A stretch of 64,000 nucleotides of DNA from Octopus vulgaris (lineage: Eukaryota): positions 203,980,001-204,044,000 of the forward strand of contig OX597815.1 of the NCBI GenBank assembly GCA_951406725.2. The letters are read 5' to 3'. Positions 1 through 14,355 of this stretch are shown here, piece after piece. The first letter of the stretch is position 1. Each line of letters starts with the position of its first letter. The notes below the pieces were generated by a model, which was not told where the DNA came from, did no database searches, and saw only the letters and a list, made by a program, of their open reading frames with translations. Position numbers and translations under genes: made by a program.

Positions 1-220
1 TACTTGGGTATATTGGAAATGGATAAATTGATTGAGAAAGAAATTACAGACAAATTTAAGGTGGAGTACTTGCGCAAACTGAGAGTGATCCTTAAGTCGA
101 AATTAAACGGACAGAATAAGATTGAAGCTATCGACACCTGGGCGGTTTCACTCTGTAGATAGAGAGCAGGGGTAATCGCATGGATAGTAGACGAACTAAA
201 CAGCTTAGACAGAAAAGCAA
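1..220 (+). mobile_element. R4/Dong-like non-LTR retrotransposon RT C-terminal fragment (degenerate)
   Basis: Frame 1 reads YLGILEMDKLIEKEITDKFKVEYLRKLRVILKSKLNGQNKIEAIDTWAVS...*RAGVIAW..DELNSLDRK, homologous to the 35520-35723 peptide; contains an in-frame stop. Confidence 0.7.
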
Positions 221-3200
221 CTAGAAATGTGGCTTCATGCATGATCAGTAAACACGTGTCGCCTTAGTCTGTTAGATGCCGCTTTAGTCTGCTAGATGTG
301 AACAGCTGACACTTTCCCATTATACCCAGTAAAATACTGTGGGGATTTTTATGATATAATAATAATAAATTTTAGCCTAGACGCAAGGTAAAAAATTCGT
401 AGGGAATGGTATCGTCAAGTATGTCGACCCTAGTACTTGAATAATACGAATTTTCTCGAAGTATGAATGGTGTGAGAGGAACTGAACTGAAGTAAACTAA
501 AGGGCACTCGAATAAATAAATGAAGTTACTTTTTCCGATGCTCTAGTGACTTTACTATTACCGATTCAGCAAATGTGTAGTATATGCACAGTTTACTCAT
601 TTTGGGGAAACACTACGCTTGATCTTATTGATCCCTGTACTCAATTGTTACTTATCAACCGCAGATGTATGGACAACAAAGTCATCTATGATTGGGTTTG
701 AATTCAGAACATAAAATACTAAATTATATAACACAAGGATTCTTTTCTAGTGTTTCTGTTACTTTTAACGTAATGTCAAAAGAAAAGCAATATATTGTGC
801 AATGTAGAACGGACATAAAATGCAGTGTTAAGCTTCCTAAATTTAAGTAATGGAGATATCTATTTCTGTAAACACGCAGGCAAGAACAGTTAGTAAGAAA
901 GCACTAAGTCGAAACAAAAATGCAAATTATGAGGCATTAATCAATTGGGTAGTTTTTACTTTATAAAGAGAAATTTGTGAAATATAACTCAGTACACACG
1001 CAGACACGCGCGTGTGTGTGTGAGAGTGCTTGTATGAGTAATCTGAAAATCATATATTTATAGGCCCTTTAATTTACTTATTGTACACTAGACACCTAAT
1101 GACATAGACGCCAGAGTGCAAGGTAAATATCAACTCTATTCTCCAATCAGAGAGTAAACGGTTTGAGGCTAGAACCATTCAAAATCGCTGAAAATGTTAT
1201 TTTCAGGAAACTGTAAGACATTTAAATTTACTTGAATCATGAATTCAACTTTTCAATGCTTTTCTTTCTCTAATCTTTGTCAGACAGAAATCTTCCTTCA
1301 GATCTCATCCCAAGCCGTAGCCCTCTACTTTCCACATTCGTTTTACCTGACAGAAATGGCTCCTTCTTAAATATATTATGCAATGTTTGAAGTGATGGCT
1401 TCTTTGGGGAAAACAGACAATAAATTATTAAAATTCTAGAATCATCCCAATAACAGAAAACTTGCACCATACACATAAACACACAAACTAAAGTACAAAA
1501 AGCTCATTGAACCAGAATAAAAAAAAAAATTGATCCACAATAAAAAAAAAAATTCAAGTCATGAGAATTGATGTTCTGTTACAATACCGTTCCAATGACT
1601 TTGCCTCACCTAGTACACGGACTGCTCGGTAATAAATGGGACTATGTGTAAATGTCACATGCTGAATAGGGTGTCCAATGTAATACAAACAGCCTCGGCG
1701 TACCTTAATATAATAAACCTCACCATGCTACATCCATAATACCTGAAACAAATTGACACTGGTGCATAAAAAGCAATACATACACACATTCCTAATTGTA
1801 TATCAATGGGGCTAAACCTGCCATACCACAGTAGATGCCTCGTAACATATCGAAATCATGTATTCAGTGCAGAGATACTTCAAATGACAATTAGTTACAG
1901 AGAAAAATATGAACATGAAATGTAAACCTAGACGTTAAAAAGGATATAGAAAGCGAAGTGTAGGTAATCGTTCCACCACCAGCCCCATCAATCGCTTTGT
2001 CGAGAAAGAAACTCCCATTAAACTACACCGACATACTACTAACCACCATAACCATTGAAGACATCGATGTATAAAGCATTCTGGTACAAAAACGATAGAA
2101 ATAACACAAGAGAGTATTCAATAGCAACACTGTTGCATCTTAACTACACAGAGTCAACTTATCCACTTATCTTACTTAACTTCAATATGTACGTCTCTCC
2201 AAACATGATATTTTTTGCATACTTAGCTACTACAACCACACATCAAGGCCGAATAATAATTTTTGCTCCATTGAACTGGTTGGTCTTCTATTTCCACAAC
2301 TGAGATATCTCGACCCACTCGATTCTTCACCTCTCATCGCCTTTGGTGTATTCAACCCCACTTTGCTTGCCCTGACTACTGTGCCTTTTCCTTCATCTTC
2401 ACAGCATCCTTCCTCTAGAATCGCCTCCTAGCTCATGTCTTTCCAGTAGATGTTGACCTGCAACGGTTTTAACAGAACATTGACTGCATCATTTCCACTA
2501 ATCTCGGAGCTCCTGCGAGAGTAATAGGTTCTGTCCCTTCCTTCAGACTCTATTTTTACCTGATGAGTCTAGAGGAAGCCATCTTTCGAATCGCTGATGA
2601 CAATCTAATAAACACAGCATCAGGATTACATGCTAATGGATACAATTAAATGTTTATTAACTTTAAACTACATGCGTAGGACCACTTCTTCCGAAACGAT
2701 AAAGCACAGTATTTAATTTCAATACCATTACCGACATAGATATTGCCGAATTAACGAGAAAAATCTTCTTCAATCTACACTACACTACAGAAAGAAAGAA
2801 CAATCTTCATATCAACAGGAGTGCTAAAAGCATATTCTACGCCAATGAATGATCTGTAAAAGACATTCGATTGAACTGTAGGACAACCTGTTCCTGATGA
2901 AATATTGCGAGTGGATTACATAATCAAAATGTAACTGAACGCTATTGCAAACATCATTTGAATATAATGTATTTCACGGGCATCACCAACTACATAATAA
3001 GAATATGTATTGGTACAAATAATAAATTGTTTTTACTTTAAACTGAGAACACCATCTTAGCAGTCAGCAGAGAATTTTGCAAAACACACAGAATTTTATA
3101 ACGTCACGCAACTCGAGAACTGCTAAGAAGACAGAAGCGTAAAAAGAAATCCTCTGTATTGCAGCTAACCTGAAAGTATTCTACGAGCTCAAAAATGATA

Positions 3201-4922
3201 CCATCATCAATAGGGAGGTCAACTTCTTAGATTAATGACCGATAAAGAATATCTAATTTTCAAAGTTGTGCATTTGCGATCAAATAAAGAACTAAAACAC
3301 ATTCCAAATACAAGCATTATAAAAGACTTTAAACACTTCTTGGCGCGATCGGAAACATGGATTATATCACATTTCTGGAGACGCGTCATGCCACAACTCA
3401 CAACATTTTGTTCCCCAAATAAGGCATGATTCTCTTTCAAACCGACATACAATATCATTTATAAGTATTGTCATTACGTAAGTCTAAAGGATACCATTCC
3501 ATAAACATCTCTGCATTTTAAATCTAATAACGACGTAATGTTCCTCTTAAGACTTCAAGCAAATTCAGGCTTAAGAGAAATTATCATCTCGAATGGAAAA
3601 CAGAAAGACATTTATTATTGTCCCAGTTCGTTGCTCAGATGATGGGAGTATTTGATCTAAAGTCACTTTTCAAATGACTAGGTTAATTTTGATGAAGAAC
3701 AAAAATAAATAGAGGGACAGTTGCTTAAGAAGTTGCGCTGCCAATCGCTGATTTTCCACTGGTTTGGATGAATAATAATTGGCGTAAATGTAAATAGCCT
3801 TGGAAAGTTTTGCGTCTTAAAAAATGATATAGAAACACTTCATATATCTTTTGAAAACTCAGTCTAAAGACGGGACAGCATTAATATTCAATATTTTTCT
3901 GAAGTACAGCATGTGACTCTTCATAGTTATTATTGTCTAAATAACAATGCAGGAACATTTGTCTTCGAGTCTACAGCTTCTAATAACAGAAATTTCAAGG
4001 AGAAAATTATGAAAAAGAATTAGACATGTTTAGTGTATATTAATATGCATTTATAATTATATATGAATTTCTTATTAAATTTAGAAATTTCGCATAAGTG
4101 CGTTCGCTATTTAGAAAGACAAAAATTTTCCCAATCCAAATTTCAAACAAATTGAATTTAAATTAATTAATAACATATCCATTACTACCTAAGAGAATAT
4201 ATTTGAAAAATAAATAAAATGCCAACATAGGAAGAAATACAACAGAAAGAAATGAGAAAATTTGACAATGAAACAAGGACAGAAAAAATATTAGTGTTTT
4301 TAATTACGTTCTTACCTTGTAGGAAAGTATATTGTCAGTTGTTTTGTAAGCTGTCGACTGAAATTGGATTAACAGCTTATAACATTTCTATAATTATGGC
4401 GAAATCCGATTTATTCAAATCTTTTATACATCATATTTTACCCGTTCTAATTACACTCTACAAAAGCGATACTATTATCAGGCTCTGCAAGTAATTGCTG
4501 CGATGCTTTTCGGGAAACAATCAATCTACAGAAATATCAAAACTAGCGAGTGTTGAATTTATCATCTTACAAGGGTTGCAGATGGATTAGGTCAAAGGCT
4601 TCTGAGAGAAGATGCTTATTTTGATAAGCTTTACATTCCTATAGAAACACACATATATATACACACACGCATATATACATGTAGATATTTATACACTTCC
4701 AGATTATATATACATACATATGTGTGTGTATATGCGTATTCTTGTGTGTATGTGTCCGTGTGGTTGTATGTGTGTGATTACATACACAAATATTTACATT
4801 TACGTCTATCATTGATACGATGAAGTATATAAAAATATGCCTGTTCACATATACAAATGCATAAAGTATGTTATATTTATATGTGCATGTATATATGTGT
4901 ATGTGTGCGTGCGCGCGTGAAC

Positions 4923-5225
4923 AAGAGTTTATACACGGGGAGGAGACCACCATGTGGATCCCTTATGTGCTAGAGAGGGCAGTCAAAACCCAAACAACAA
5001 GAGAGAGGTTCTTACATTGCACACTACTTGTAGGACACTTGAATGAATAAAAATTTCAGTTAACTGAGATTTTTATTCACTCGCACGGTGGTCTCCTCTC
5101 TGTGTATACACTCTTATACACTATTATATTATAAAAATATTTATCTACTGACTTTTATTACGCCTGTTAACCACTGGTATCATCACCATCAATAATATTA
5201 ATGCGCTAACATTTTATTTTTGTAA
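4923..5225. repeat. Fold-back element: outer arms 4923-4958/5081-5115 plus inner palindrome 5041-5082
   Basis: aagagtttatacacggggaggagaccacc is the near reverse complement of ggtggtctcctctctgtgtatacactctt; the tail shares an ACCAGTGGT..TAGATAAAT-like motif with the 13.7, 30.5 and 43.2 kb elements. Confidence 0.7.
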
Positions 5226-5259
5226 TTATTTAATTAAGCGGAACGAGCTTAATTACAGA

Positions 5260-6440
5260 TTCGCACGACAGTTGTACTCTTCACGAATGCGACAGCAGGT
5301 GTTTGACATAAGCCCAGAGTTCATTCACCTTGAGGCATTGCACAATCGCGTGCAGGACAGTTTCACTGTCCTGCTCGCATCTTGCACAATCTGGCGAAGG
5401 CGCACACCCATGTCTAAAGGGCCTATCTCGAACCGGTAAAGCTCCTCTCTAACATTGCCAGGCCAGGGACTTTTGGTAATTATCCATAGGCCCCGGCCCG
5501 AATGTTCTTTGGAACAGGTTGGCCAGTTGATCTTCGTCGAAGCCTAGGGTTTCTCCCAGAACGTCGTTACACTTGAACTCTACTAACCCTCTATAGAAGA
5601 ACGAGGTAGTACCCCCGCCACCGGCGTTGCCCGACTGGGAGAGAAGCACGAGTGCCTGATGGCATTCCGCATGCCACACGCCCAACCTGGGTCTGCACTT
5701 GATCCATGGGTTCAGTTTGGTAAACGATGTGAACTGTCGAAATAACAGCTTGACGAACGGAGACCACACCTGCTCACCGTCCAGGTAAAGCCAGAGATGC
5801 CTAAGCCTGAGCGCTTGTCTGCGCATTTTTAGCCATGGCATCACTAGCCCACACTTCAGTGACTTTTAACAGCTGATAGACCGCCTTACAGGGGGTCTGC
5901 TGCCCCTCCACAAAAAGCGAAAGAGCATGCGTTCCAGCTTGTTCAGCCACGAATCGGGGCAAGGCACGACGGTTAGGCGGTAAGTGATTACAGAGGCGAT
6001 AAACACCTCTGCAACCTCTGTCCTCCCTTTTAAGGACAGCCTCTGCTCAGACCAGGTCTGAGTTAGAAGAGCTACCTTGCTCGCCACCTCGCTCCAATTC
6101 TTCTCTATCTGGAGATCTGGACCTAACCAGACTCCAAGCATTTTCACTGGCCCTTCCGTCCAACGTCCCACGACGCTGTCGGAAGGCATCGACTTGTCCC
6201 TTCAGGTGCCGAGTTGGCTCCTTCCACCGCTTCGTAATCCCTTAATGCCTCACCTACCCACTGTAGGTGCTCGACCCTGGATACGATGACGGTGATGTCG
6301 TCCATATACACCGAAGTTGACTTTCCGCACCCTAGATCTTGCGGGCGCCCTTCGTAGCTTCCAACTTCCTCAGCAATGGCTCTAGGGCCAAAACTTAGAG
6401 AAGCGGGGAGAGAGGGCACCCTTGGCGTACCGATCGTTCA
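5260..6440 (-). mobile_element. Tx1/L1-like LINE reverse transcriptase fragment (frameshifted pseudogene)
   Basis: YMDDITVIV RT motif; VKMLGVWLGP..NWSEV..WSEQRLSLKGR..LERMLFRFLW thumb region typical of L1/Tx1; split over three ORFs. Confidence 0.8.
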
Positions 6441-6600
6441 GTGGCAAAGCAACAGGTAAGAAAAGAGAGAGCGGGGGAGGGAAAAAGTTAGAGAGAGAGG
6501 TGAAAACTTCGTTGTGGACTGTCTGAGAATTACTGTCTTTCTGTCTGTCTCTATGCCTCTCTCCCTAGGAATGTGTTTGTGTATGTGTGTGCTTGTATTT

Positions 6601-6984
6601 TCTTTTCTTTTACTTGTTTCAATCATTTGACTGCGGCCATGCTGGAGCACCGCCTTTAGTCGAGCAAATCGACCCCGGAACTTATTCTTTGTAAGCCCAG
6701 TACTTATTCTATCGGTCTCTTTTGCCGAACCGCTAAATGACAGGGACGTAAACACACCAGCATCGATTGTCAAGCAATGCTAGGGGGACAAACACAAACA
6801 CACATATATATACATATATACGACGGGCTTCTTTCAGTTTCCGTCTACCAAATCCACTCACAAGGCATTGGTCGGCCCGGGGCTATAGTAGAAGACACTT
6901 GCCCAAGATGCCACGCAGTGTGACTGAACCCGGAACCATGTGGTTTGTTAGCAAGCTACTTACCACACAGCCACTCCTGCGCCT
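6601..6984 (-). mobile_element. tRNA-derived SINE, family A
   Basis: Head GGCGCAGGAGTGGCTGTGTGG (A box) and GGTTCAGTC (B box); near-identical copies at 13.2, 21.4, 45.3, 47.4, 52.5 and 63.2 kb. Confidence 0.9.
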
Positions 6985-7744
6985 GTGTATGTTTGTATGT
7001 ATATGATTGTGCGCAGGATCTCACTCGGCATAACAGCAAACCACAAAATCGCACCAGCCAGCATCACCACTACCTCCAAGCCCATCATGTATGTGTGTAT
7101 GTATGTATGTGTGTGTTTGTGAGTCCCACCATCATCATTGCTTCACACCGATTTTGGTGCATTTGCGTCTCTGTAATTTAGCTGTTTAGCAGGAGAGGCT
7201 GATAGACTAAGCACTAGGCTTACAGGGAATAAGTTCAAGGGTCAATTTCTTCCACTAAAGGGTGGTGCTCTAGCATGGCCACCGTCAAATAAATGAAAAA
7301 GGTAAAAGAATAAAAGAATACCAGAAAAACGTTCCGTACCACTAAACCAAGATGGTTCTTTGAATATGTACGATGTATTTCAAGGTTAAATAGTAATTCC
7401 GTTTACGTTTGTGTAACTGAGATATTTTGGTTGGATTATATAGCCATTGGTGTTACATTACTTTCTATATTCTGTAACTTTTACAACATACTTTTCTAGG
7501 CCTGAAATTTTGCGTGGGGGTGCTAGTTAATTAGATAGACCCAGGACGAAAGGCAGAATTTGAACTCAGAACGTAAAGACAGACGGTCATAATATACAGA
7601 CATTTCTCATGGCACCAGTACGCTGTTTACAGATGCTTATATGTTTAATGTTTTCCGTTGATTTTTCACGGGTCCAGCTAGTTAAGCATTGATATAATAA
7701 TTTTTACCCTGTATATATATGTATATATATATATATATATATAT

Positions 7745-7925
7745 CGGAGGTGAAACGCAGAGTAGATGAAACACGGACAACTGAAGAAGGGGAATATTCC
7801 TTGTGTTGTATATCTTTTACTCTGCTTTTTTTTTTCTTTGTTTGAAAAATAGTTCGTATCTATGTTTTTGTTTTTATGTTTTCGTTTCTCATTGTGTTCC
7901 ACGTTTTTTTTATGTCCTGTACCCA
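7745..7925 (+). repeat. Short (TA)n-flanked interspersed repeat (family with 12960-13140 and 11520-11920)
   Basis: GAAA..GAGTAGATG.ACA..GACAACTG.NGAAGGG motif shared with 12960-13140, followed by a T-rich tail. Confidence 0.5.
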
Positions 7926-7988
7926 TATATGCATGTATATATACATGTATATGTAGGTATGTACATACATGCATGTATATATGCATAG

Positions 7989-8037
<49 letters not shown>

Positions 8038-8433
8038 TGTATGTATATATGTATGTATGCATTTGTGTGTATGGTATGTGCATGAATGTGTAAGCATATG
8101 CTGTGTGTGTGTCTACGCACATACATGCATAAAGATAGTGATGTATGAGGTCTGATGAGGGGGCCAGGCAGTTTGGTGCATAGATGCGTACAAATTTACA
8201 TTTTTGTAAACGGGGTCTAATTGATGACATACATTAATTCCCTCCATATCTTTTATAAAATACAGATGCACATGTCCGCATTTCTCTCGGTGAACGACCT
8301 TAACTAATTTTCACATGTGAAGGAACAATATCTTCTTTTAATGCGCTCATCTAGAATTACAATATGTAAACTTTTTGGCCTTTTTATTATAAACCGAAGG
8401 AAATGAACTAGAATCTAGTATAAACATTTCCCA

Positions 8434-8466
<33 letters not shown>

Positions 8467-8526
8467 TTCTACTACTACTACTACTACTACTACTACCACT
8501 ACTAACACTACCACTACTACTGCTGT

Positions 8527-8587
<61 letters not shown>
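8434..8587. repeat. (TAC)n microsatellite
   Basis: Direct observation. Confidence 0.95.
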
Positions 8588-8798
8588 GTGCAGTATTGGC
8601 AGTGGTAAATACTTTTGATTTCTGACAACATAAAAACTGAGTTTCATAAATAAGTTTCTATTCTTGGGTTTTGAGATAGTAAGACACGGCTATACTTAAG
8701 TATTTAATAGGATGCATTGTCATTAGCGAGGCATTTATATGGCTGTGAAAAGACATTTCAACGCTCAATGATTCAACTTATGCTGCATTAAATATATA

Positions 8799-9577
8799 TT
8801 GGGTTGTCAGAGAAATACCTTAACTCTTTCCAGCGTTATTTCAATTAATATGAAAAATATTTTTAGCGTAGGATTCCATGATTTTTTTTTTTGTTTTTGT
8901 ATCTCTGTTCTTCCTTTTGTTTATCGCTCTTGAAGTTTGAATAAATTTTTAACCACTTTTCAGACACGACGGTGGTGTTTCAGGTAGGAAAAAGGACGAG
9001 CATACTCGACACCTACTCCTCAATCAAGGTTCCAAACCTTTCAAAAGCCACTCGAGACATTTGTGCAATGTACGGGGAAGGCGCTATTATTGAAAGAACT
9101 GAATAGAAATGGGAATTGGATCAGCAGATGGATTGCCTTTGCGGTACTGTTGCTTTTTACTCGATAGGGAAGGCCCAAAAACTCGATGCTACATGTTCCG
9201 GACAAAAGAGACTAACTCTAGCCACCATATACTTAATTTAACCAAAACTTCTATTCAGTAGCTCGATTGGGTAGTTCAACCGCATCAACCATGTTTTCCT
9301 GATATCGCGCCGTCAGATTATCACCTTTTTCGGTCGCTGCCCAGCAGTCTCCCAGGCGTTTCGTTCTACAAAGTCACAGAGATGAAAACGTGGCACAATG
9401 AATTCTTTGAGTCAAAAGCGGGTGATCTCTACCATCAAGGCTGGAACACTGCCAAGAAGTCGTGAACAATGGGGAATATCTTATTGCACTTTTTCTTTTT
9501 TTGGAGATGGGAAGTGTTGATAAAAAATAAGAACTAAAATAATGGGGAAAAAAGAACGAATTTATCTGACCGGACTA
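8799..9577 (+). mobile_element. Internally deleted mariner (DD34D) relic
   Basis: N-terminal EHTRHLL..ATRDICAMYGEGA and C-terminal HQPCFPDIAPSDYHLFRSL (YSPDLAPSDY motif); the ends are approximate. Confidence 0.75.
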
Positions 9578-11034
9578 TGTTTTGATTATTAATAGAGAGA
9601 GAGGCAATGTAAAATTCGTGAGCTGCAGTAAATTTTTGTGTCTTACAGTGTTAGCGCTGCTTGATAGAAACACACACCAACCCAATTTCAAGCAATTTCA
9701 TATAAACAATCTAAAATAAAGTGTTACTTTGTGTGTGTGGGTGGTGTTATTATGAGTCTATATGTTTGTGTGCTGTTTACGTGGGTGTATGTGTGTGAAA
9801 GAATAATTGAGGAAAATTACCCAGAATGTGTAAAAGTTGCACTTCTCTTTAAAAAAGGAAACAAAATTTGGTTTGGTTACTTTATAGCGATATTTTTTTT
9901 TTATAGAAACCCAGTGAAGAGTACACTTTGACAGTGTTAATATAATACTGAGAGTACTATTCGATTTCCTCTTGGCGTATGTACTAATTTTGTTTTAAAA
10001 CAATCTCATGTAACAAGTCTCATTTGTACTGAATCATTTTGTTGGCTCTTAATTAGCTTCGTAATTTGCTGTTTAATTGCAGTTTTAGCTCCACCAATAC
10101 ACTATAATTAATTACTTACTAAGTTTCTTTCATCATTAAAATTCTTTCTTTAACGCTTCTCAAAATCTAGAACTGTATAAGTTTACAGATTATATTACTA
10201 TTTTTTAGGGGACCGATGATTAAAAATAATCCTTCAGCGATTATTTGTAAATTTTTCTATACGCCCATATTGTATTAGAAAATGAAGAAAATCTGCAAGA
10301 TCTTACATATTAGTTTTGTTGCAGCACCCAAAATCTTTGATTTGAAATGACGTAAAATATAATTAGTTAAGCTTCAGAAACACTTATGTTAGCGACCCCT
10401 TGACGACTTGATCTTAGAGCCATTTAAAACCACTTAAATCGCAATGTATAAAAAAAACTGTAAAAAGCTTCACTCCAAGAGTTTATTGAAAAATTTAGAA
10501 TCTATCTTTATACATAGAAAGTAACGGAAATCTACTACACTCTCTGGGACACGAGAACAGCTATAGTAAATTATAAAGGCACATATATGGCGTATACGCC
10601 ATTAATATTTTTTATCTAGTGGAACTAAAACAATCATCCTAACACTGATATCCATAATTTGGAAATATCTCAATATGTGTATTTAGTAATGAAAAATAGT
10701 ACTGTTATTTAATTAATTTCTCTAAACATCGGGGTTGTTCACCCTCACCCCACTGCTTTTCTTGACAAGTAGCAGTCCTTAATATTATAAATATTTCGTC
10801 TTCTTTCTCATCCATGAATCTACGTTCACGCTCAGCTTTTCTTCAAATACAATTACAAATGGAGGAATTCCTGTATGTAGTAATACATATAAATGCATGC
10901 ATATGAAATCTAGTTACATAGATGTATCAATCTGTTCGTGTAGTAATATGGACGTAGAAATGGGTGAGTGTGTGTGTGTGCATAAACACTTCCTATGTGC
11001 GCGTGTGTTTGTGTGTATGTATATATATGTGTAT

Positions 11035-11500
11035 ATACCGTAAATCCTCGAGTATAGTCCGCCCTTGAGTATAATATGCAGGGGATTTTTAGGGAGCTGT
11101 ACCTCAGAAAAACCCAAATATTGTTTATAATACGCACCCCTTCTCTAATTTGAGTCAAGGAGGTCTATATAACGTCTTTGGTTTGTAAAAATGTATACGG
11201 TAACGTCCTTTATTATCATTGTACGTATAACATAATGCAAACGTGTAGCTTATTGTGCATTTTGTTTGCAGAAAATAAAGAAATAACAGTAATAATAGTA
11301 ATAACTTTTAATAAATGTTGCTTATTGTAAGTTATGGATGATTCTTTCATGACTTCATTGCTTTCAGGCTTAGCTTAAGGTATTTTCGCACCCGACATCA
11401 CAAAATGCGTCCGAATAAACATTGCCGGACAGCGAATAGAGACTCGGGCATTGCTTCGAAAATAATTTTCATTTTTAACCCCGTATATAGTACGCACTAG
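11035..11500 (+). mobile_element. Tc1/pogo-like non-autonomous DNA transposon remnant (one TIR visible)
   Basis: TA|CCGTAAATCCTCGAGTATAGTCCGC start resembles Tc2/pogo-type TIRs; right end not found. Confidence 0.4.
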
Positions 11501-12500
11501 AATATGAGTACATAGAATATGAACTAATTTTTTCGAAAAATGAAAGGCACAAATGTAAAACAAAACAACCAACATAAAAAAACGACCCTTCATCTTTTGG
11601 GGATTTTGCGGAGGGTCAGAATTGGTAACACAAAACGGACAGTGAAAACAAACAGGAAGGGATGCTAAGCCTAAACGATGTTGTGGTGGCGAACGCGTAA
11701 ATCAAGCTTGGACAGGAGATAGACAAGAACACGTCTTCCTTGTTTCAGCTACGGCGGAGAGAAAGAAACACAAGTTAGGAGAAAAGAAGAAAGATGGCCG
11801 ACGGTTACGTGAGTTCCATGAGAGTAAGAGAGGAGGAATGAGGGAGAGAGCGTGACAGAGTAATAGGATAGAATAGTGGGAGAAGAGGAGGTAAAAGAAT
11901 AAGAGAAAGGGAGAAAAATATATATGTATGCATAAATATATATTCGACTACATATACTAAGAATATTTTGCTTTTCTTGTTAGCTTGTATGCTGACATAT
12001 AGTGCAGTGGATATGACTCCCTCAAAGTGTCGGGTGTTAAATACTTGAAGTCATAAACAAGGGAGAGAATTCGACCCAAATTCCGCTCAGGAGCGCCGCA
12101 TATCTATGTTTAGCCATTATTGTGGCTTATCAACATGAGCCGAATTGAAAGCAAACTAAACCCCCAGTCTATGACTACATACAAATAGTGTAAAAACCAT
12201 TTTCTGGTATGCATCGTGGGATGCACGCGTATAGATAAATTGAAATATGAATCAGAAGCGGCGCTAGTGTTGTAAATATTATCAACCACATATACTCAAT
12301 ATTCTCCTCGCCTATACATTTTCAGATTGTTTGTTTATCAGAGAATGTCGAGCAACTGTACGATATCATTCAAAACAATGAGAGAAAACGGGCTGCAACC
12401 AGCGGAGTTTAACAACATCCGATAGTCTATTGAAGCTTCGATTGTGATGTACCAGCAGCATGTTCATAATAGACTACGAAAAGAACAATACGATATAAAA

Positions 12501-12504
<4 letters not shown>

Positions 12505-12584
<80 letters not shown>

Positions 12585-12686
12585 AGATAGATAGATAAAT
12601 AGATAAATAGATAGGTAGATAGATAGATAGATAGATAGATACATAGATATATAGATAGATAGATAGAGACAAACAGACAGACAGAC

Positions 12687-12776
<90 letters not shown>
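12505..12776. repeat. Compound (TA)n(GA)n(TAGA)n microsatellite
   Basis: Direct observation. Confidence 0.95.
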
Positions 12777-13196
12777 GAGAGTATTGTAGTTCGCTGGAAG
12801 CATTGAGTATTGTTTGTGAAATATAACGTGTCTTGAATGTTACAACAATACAAATTGAACTTTAACAATTGTTACAACAGTTATTATAGTCCACTCTGCA
12901 CTGCTGTGTCATTCAAGACACGTTATATTTCACATACACACACACGCACACATGTATATGTCGTTGATTGCTCGAAATGAGGAGTAGATGGACAACCGAC
13001 AACTGGTGAAGGGTCGCTTTTTATGTTAATTGTCTTGTTTTCCGTTTGTTTCTCTCGTTGTTCGAATACCAAAGTTTGTCTTCGTATTTCATGTTGTTTT
13101 TGTATTTAGCATTTCATGCTCTTTACGATTTGTGAGGTCGTGTACACATACATGCATATATATACTCATATATATGTATGTATGTGCATATATGTA

Positions 13197-13601
13197 TACT
13201 CTTTACTCTTTTACTTGTTTCATTCATTTGACTGCGGCCATGCTGGAGTACCGCCTTTAGTCGAGAAAATCGACCCCGGGACTTATTCTTTGTAAGCTTA
13301 GTACTTATTCTATCGGTCTCTTTTTGCCGAACCGCTAAGTGACGGGGACATAAACAAACCAGCATCGGTTGTCAAGCAATGCTAGGGGGACAACACACAC
13401 ACACAAACACAGATACATACATATATATACATATATACGACAGCCTTCTTTCAGTTTCCGTCTACCAAATCCACTCACAAGGCATTGGTCGGCCCGGGGC
13501 TATAGTAGAAGACACTTGCCCAAGGTGCCACGCAATGGGACTGAAGCCGGAACCATGTGGTTGGTTAGCAATCTACTTACCACACAGCCACTCCTGCGCC
13601 T
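13197..13601 (-). mobile_element. tRNA-derived SINE, family A
   Basis: Full-length copy with A/B boxes. Confidence 0.9.
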
Positions 13602-13649
13602 ATGTATGCATATATGCATATATATATTCCAATTAATTATAATAATAAT

Positions 13650-13930
13650 AAAGGGTAAATTCATAAATGTGTTTTATCAAGTGGTCAGCGCGAAAATAAA
13701 AGCTCGTAGATAAATTAATATAAATATTTTATAATCAGATACACAATTATAACAAGGGCTTGGCTTGCGCCTCACCATGCACTGAAAAATAGACGTCAAA
13801 AGACACTATTGCCTCCTATGTGTAAAGTGTCGGAGAATTTATTTTCGCAATAGTGTCTATTGACGTCTATTTTTCAGTGCGTGGTGAGGCGCAAGCTAAG
13901 CCTTTGTTATAATTATGTATGTAATTATAA
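13650..13930. repeat. Fold-back element, ~84-bp arms 13729-13812 / 13847-13930
   Basis: caagggcttggcttgcgcctcaccatgcactgaaaaatagacgtcaa matches ttgacgtctatttttcagtgcgtggtgaggcgcaagctaagcctttg in reverse complement. Confidence 0.85.
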
Positions 13931-14004
13931 TTACATGTTGAATCGCTAGCTTCTGCACGCATTTTTTTCTCTCCTTGTTTCTCTCTGTGTTTCTTTTCTC
14001 TGTA

Positions 14005-14042
14005 TCTTTTTGTTGAAGAGCGTAGGCTCGAAACGTAAAAGA
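14005..14042 (+). ncRNA. Minimal type I hammerhead-like motif in a short element (13945-14140)
   Basis: TCTTT-TTGTTGAA-GAGC gtag GCTC-GAA-ACGT-A-AAAGA; core is degenerate here, sister copy at 44291. Confidence 0.55.
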
Positions 14043-14153
14043 CTTGTTTTATTTATATTCCTGAGCGCCATACTAATACAATTGTTTGTTTGTACTCCAC
14101 CTGCCTTCGTCTTTTGTTTATTTTCATAAAGCTTCCCGTTATATATATACATG

Positions 14154-14262
<109 letters not shown>

Positions 14263-14307
14263 CTTATATTATATGATTGAATGCCACGCATCCCTTTCGA
14301 AGTTTAT

Positions 14308-14355
<48 letters not shown>

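Noticed and set aside
8152-8175. Isolated CTGATGA
   Set aside because: No stem II/GAA/stem III; expected by chance
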